Assembly: GCA_029263355.1 (NCBI GenBank) | Contig: JAJCXQ010000425.1 | Location: 1-58,602 of the forward strand | Direction of reading: 5' to 3' | From: Acidobacteriota bacterium | Lineage (GTDB): Bacteria > Acidobacteriota > Thermoanaerobaculia > Multivoradales > J023 | Length of the DNA stretch: 58,602 nucleotides | Shown: positions 55,132 through 58,602 of the stretch, one piece after another | Numbering within the stretch: the first letter of the stretch is position 1 | Layout: each line of letters begins with the position of its first letter | Notes under the pieces: model-generated | What the model was told of the DNA's origin: nothing | Database searches by the model: none | The model's input: only the letters and a program-made list of their open reading frames with translations | Position numbers and translations under genes: made by a program

Positions 55132-56616
55132 CTATACGACGCCAGCTTGTTGGAGCGCATGCAGCGAGCGCTCGAGTACCTTGCTTTGGGCATCACGTGG
55201 GGTGGGCAGGTAGGTGATCGCCGGCGCCAAGATGCGGGAGGCCCAACTCGGGTGCACCAGAGCGGCCTCTTCTTGAATGGCGGCGGCGTATTTGTATTGA
55301 TGGCTTTGAAAGGCCCGCTCCGTCAAGTGCCGGCGCATCTGTTCGAGGAAAGCTGGTGCCGCTTCGGGCTGTCGATCGATGAGGATCCGTGCGCTAGCGG
55401 GGGAGGGTTGCTCGAAGATGTTGCCGATGCTTGCTGCGGTGCACTTTTCGTTGCCCAGAGCGTCGAGCCCCGCTCCCTCGAGGTCTCCGAAGAAGCGGAT
55501 CAGATCGCGGCGCATAAAGGGCAGCCACGCGGCGGCTTGTAGGATCATCAGCCGCCGCGTGGCGTCGTTGCGAGAGGTGCGCCAGGCGTAGGCGAAAGCG
55601 TTGACTTCGGTGACGCCGTGGACCGGGCCGTGGCGACGGGCCGCGGCGGTCGGTCGGCGGTGGAAGAGCTCGCTGGCGTAGAGGCGAAGACCGTCCCACA
55701 CCGTTGCGGGGCCGATTCCGGCCTTGAAGGCGCCGACCACCAGCTTCTGAGCCGACGCCGAGTCGCTAGCTCGCAACTCAGCAAGCAGAGCTGCACTCGC
55801 TGCCGGATCCTCTCTCCCGTTCAGCCAGCCATCTGGCAAGCCGGAAGCGAGCTGGCGACTACGCTCGAAGGCTTCGAGCTCGGAGTCGGTGATTGAGTCG
55901 GAGAGGTAAAGCAGGCCGTTGATCAAAGATCGTAAGGCGGGCTCGGCATGCCGCCAGTCGAGGCGCCGGATCACACGCTCGACCTGAGTACAAAAGATGA
56001 TCTTGTGCCCAAGGTCGACGTAGCAGCGGGCGGCATAAGGCCATAGCAGTTCAAAGAAGGAGTCGCGATCGTGGAAGGGGAGCAGCCCAACGAGGGCGCG
56101 GTCGGCCTGCTCGGCGTCCCAGGCGTCCATCGCGGCAAGGAAAGCACGGCGTGCTTTGGGCTCACTGTCGAAGCGGACGTCGGGACGCTTGGACAACACC
56201 CACTCACCTTCATCGTGATCACGCTGTTGCGAGTTCTTGAAGTCGTCGATGCTCCACAGGGCAGCCAGACAGGCTTGCTGGTCGGAGGCGGTGGCCGCGA
56301 GTTGGAAGGCGGATTCCACCATCATCACACAATGCAGCTTGCCGCCGACGCTGCGAGGCCGAACGTCGTGAACACCAGCCATGAAAGCGGCCCCGAGCAA
56401 GGTCTGATAGTCGGCGCCAGCTCGAATGGCGCGGGCGGCGACTTGCAGAGCCACGTTACGTGGAACGCGGCGCAACTCTTCGGCGAGATCTGTCAGCCGG
56501 TTCAGGGCCAGGCGACCGCGCTGCGGAGCGGCCGCCTTGCCGTTCGGGGCCCACAACAAGCCGGCTGTTCCAAGCCCCAGATGGATCATCGCATCGCGTC
56601 GATTCAGCGTCCTCAT
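55132..56616 (-). CDS. Tat-exported helical protein of unknown function
   Basis: GGAGG SD; MRTLNRRDAM..AAA twin-arginine signal; recurring His motifs. Confidence 0.8.
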   Translation of the reverse strand: MRTLNRRDAMIHLGLGTAGLLWAPNGKAAAPQRGRLALNRLTDLAEELRRVPRNVALQVAARAIRAGADYQTLLGAAFMAGVHDVRPRSVGGKLHCVMMVESAFQLAATASDQQACLAALWSIDDFKNSQQRDHDEGEWVLSKRPDVRFDSEPKARRAFLAAMDAWDAEQADRALVGLLPFHDRDSFFELLWPYAARCYVDLGHKIIFCTQVERVIRRLDWRHAEPALRSLINGLLYLSDSITDSELEAFERSRQLASGLPDGWLNGREDPAASAALLAELRASDSASAQKLVVGAFKAGIGPATVWDGLRLYASELFHRRPTAAARRHGPVHGVTEVNAFAYAWRTSRNDATRRLMILQAAAWLPFMRRDLIRFFGDLEGAGLDALGNEKCTAASIGNIFEQPSPASARILIDRQPEAAPAFLEQMRRHLTERAFQSHQYKYAAAIQEEAALVHPSWASRILAPAITYLPTPRDAQSKVLERSLHALQQAGVV

Positions 56617-56738
56617 CGGCGACCTCCCGGGTTCGTCGAGCGTGGTCTCGGCGTCCTCTATCGCTGTCGTGTCTCGCTTTACAGGGTACGGTTTGGCCAC
56701 TCCCAAGTTGAGGATGCTGAGACGCTTTTACCGGCCTT

Positions 56739-58601
56739 TTACAGAGTTCGGTGTTCTCGCGCAGACACACCGGGGAGGGTGAAGCAGAAGGTTGACCCTT
56801 GGCCTTGCCCTTCGGATTCGACCCACACTCGGCCACCATGGACCCGGACGATGCGCTGAACGAGGGCCAAACCGACGCCGGTGCCATCAACATCCGCGCT
56901 CAGGCGCTCGAATAAGCCAAAAATCTTTTCATGGTAGGAGGGGTCGATACCGAGGCCGTTGTCTCGCACCAGGTAAACCTGTCCGCTGTTGTCTTGACGG
57001 GTCGTGATGTCGACTCGCGGATTGGGCTGATCACCCATGTATTTGACCGCATTCTCGATCAGATTTTGCAGCATGGTCAGAAGTCGCTGTCGATCGCCAG
57101 TGACGGTCGGTAGCTCGGGGTCGATAGCCACCTCCACGCCGCGTTCCTCGATCTGCCCGGCAACTTGCTCCGTCGCTTCCTGAGCCAGCTCAGTGAGCGG
57201 GATCTTCTGCGGCTCGTTGGCGACCCGGCCGACCATCGACAACTCCAACAGCTCGTTGACCAGGGTGCTCATCTTGACGGCTGCTGCCTGGATGCGTTCC
57301 ATGTCGTGTTGGATGCGGTCGAGCTTGCCCTCGGAGAAGTCCTTCTCCAACAGGCCAAGGAAGCCGCGGATCGTGATCAGCGGGCTCTTGAGGTCGTGGG
57401 ACACGCCATAAATGACACGCTCGAGATCGGCATTCTTGGCCTCCAACTGGCGGACAAACTGCTGACGCTCGGCGTCGGTGCGCTGCATCAAAGCATTGGC
57501 TTCCGCCAGTTGTTGCAGCCTCATATCGAGCCGCGTTCGCCGCAGCAGCCAGCCGACGATACCGATTGCTGTGATCGCCAAGCCCAGGGTGTAAACGATG
57601 TAGGCCCACCAGGTTCGGTACCAGGGGGGTAGGATGCGGAATTCGTAGGCCGCGATCCGGCTGGGTTGATGGTAGATGTCACGCCCCTGAACTTCGAAGC
57701 GGTATCGACCTTCCCGCAGGGCGGTGAAGTCACGATAGGTTTCGGTTGTCCAGTCGGTCCAAGACTCTTCCAGACCGATCAACTGGCTACGGTAGCGATT
57801 GGCTGTGATGCCTTCGAAGCGCGGCAGCGAATACTCGACGCGGAGCGAGCTCTGGTCGTAGTTCAATGGCTGGGGTGCGATCAAAAGAGCGGCTTCCGAG
57901 TCCGCGTCGGCACTGGATGGTGCAGCCGATTCACCGCCGAAAAGCACGGTGCGTCCGGGATTGGCGATCGTCACTCGCCGGATCATCGCCGAGAAGGTCG
58001 AGGCAATGGATGGGGCGCGATCGGTTGGCGTGATGCTCGGCCGGAAAGATGGATGGCCCGTCGCGACGCGGAAGAGGCCATCGACGCCACCCAGCCAGGT
58101 GACCTTGGAAGCTTCAGGCAAGATGGTGTGGGTCGACGCGGTCTTGATCCGACGCAGACTGTTACGGTCGAGCTGAAACCTGCCATCAGGCTGGAGGAGG
58201 GCGATCACGTTGTCTCCACCGTGTAAGCTCAACCACAGGTTGGAATCCATGTCGGGTTTGGCCCTCAGAATCGCAAGGTCGCCATCATAGTCGGGGGCGG
58301 GCAGCAGCGGGCTGAGGGTGAAGGCGTTGACAGTCGGATCGAATTGAAAGAATCCGTCGGGGCTGGGAAAGATCAGCTGGTCACCCAACAACTGGGCTTT
58401 GATGCTCCGCAGGTTCGGCCAGCCGTGCTCATGGCCGAAGCGTTGAACCGTGAGCACGTCGAGTGCGGGCCCGGGAGCGAGGGTGATTCGCATGACGCCG
58501 TCGAAGTGGGTCCCGAGCCATAAATGGCCTGCCGGATCCTCGGTGATGCTGCGAATTTCAGATTCGATCTTGGGAAGCTTTCCGAGCTCGGTCCAGCGGT
58601 C
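56739..58601 (-). CDS. Sensor histidine kinase with beta-propeller and Y_Y_Y domains; 5' truncated by window
   Basis: Frame open to the window end; YRSQLIG..W, EGRYRFEV, PPWYRTWWAY, SHDLKSPL, NLIENAVKY, DNGLGID and GTGVGLA. Confidence 0.93.
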   Translation of the reverse strand, partial: DRWTELGKLPKIESEIRSITEDPAGHLWLGTHFDGVMRITLAPGPALDVLTVQRFGHEHGWPNLRSIKAQLLGDQLIFPSPDGFFQFDPTVNAFTLSPLLPAPDYDGDLAILRAKPDMDSNLWLSLHGGDNVIALLQPDGRFQLDRNSLRRIKTASTHTILPEASKVTWLGGVDGLFRVATGHPSFRPSITPTDRAPSIASTFSAMIRRVTIANPGRTVLFGGESAAPSSADADSEAALLIAPQPLNYDQSSLRVEYSLPRFEGITANRYRSQLIGLEESWTDWTTETYRDFTALREGRYRFEVQGRDIYHQPSRIAAYEFRILPPWYRTWWAYIVYTLGLAITAIGIVGWLLRRTRLDMRLQQLAEANALMQRTDAERQQFVRQLEAKNADLERVIYGVSHDLKSPLITIRGFLGLLEKDFSEGKLDRIQHDMERIQAAAVKMSTLVNELLELSMVGRVANEPQKIPLTELAQEATEQVAGQIEERGVEVAIDPELPTVTGDRQRLLTMLQNLIENAVKYMGDQPNPRVDITTRQDNSGQVYLVRDNGLGIDPSYHEKIFGLFERLSADVDGTGVGLALVQRIVRVHGGRVWVESEGQGQGSTFCFTLPGVSAREHRTL

Positions 58602-58602
58602 G

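Overview
GC-rich bacterial chromosomal window. An Acidobacteriota (Thermoanaerobaculia-like) origin is inferred from an ADOP-type duplicated permease, an acidobacterial-type VWA protein and secreted proteins ending in IFxDGFExGDxSAWS; this was not checked by any search. Contents in order: (1) a complete branched-chain amino acid region, leuACDB-lrp followed by ilvD-ilvC-ilvG-ilvM-ilvE. Each operon is preceded by an unannotated leader ORF with its own terminator/antiterminator, i.e. two ribosome-dependent attenuators. (2) Envelope genes: OafA-like acyltransferase, RDD, VWA and FG-GAP proteins. (3) Three co-oriented genes: IAG-type nucleoside hydrolase, DNase I-like nuclease and an unknown protein. 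(4) A C30-carotenoid-type cluster (two CrtI-family desaturases, aldehyde dehydrogenase, acyltransferase, glycosyltransferase) with no synthase gene. (5) REP-like palindromic repeats and an ActP-type symporter pair. (6) Toxin-antitoxin loci: vapBC, hipBA with two palindromic operators, and a DUF6036-like pair with a PIN remnant. (7) yaaA, a sulfatase-like lipoprotein, a 1351-aa secreted diheme cytochrome c/CBM protein and a trans-sulfuration enzyme. (8) An MsrA that the ORF track truncates: its catalytic codon is an in-frame UGA followed by a SECIS-like hairpin, so it is very likely a selenoprotein. Short tandem micro-duplications are frequent throughout. No rRNA, tRNA, CRISPR array or intact transposase was seen.
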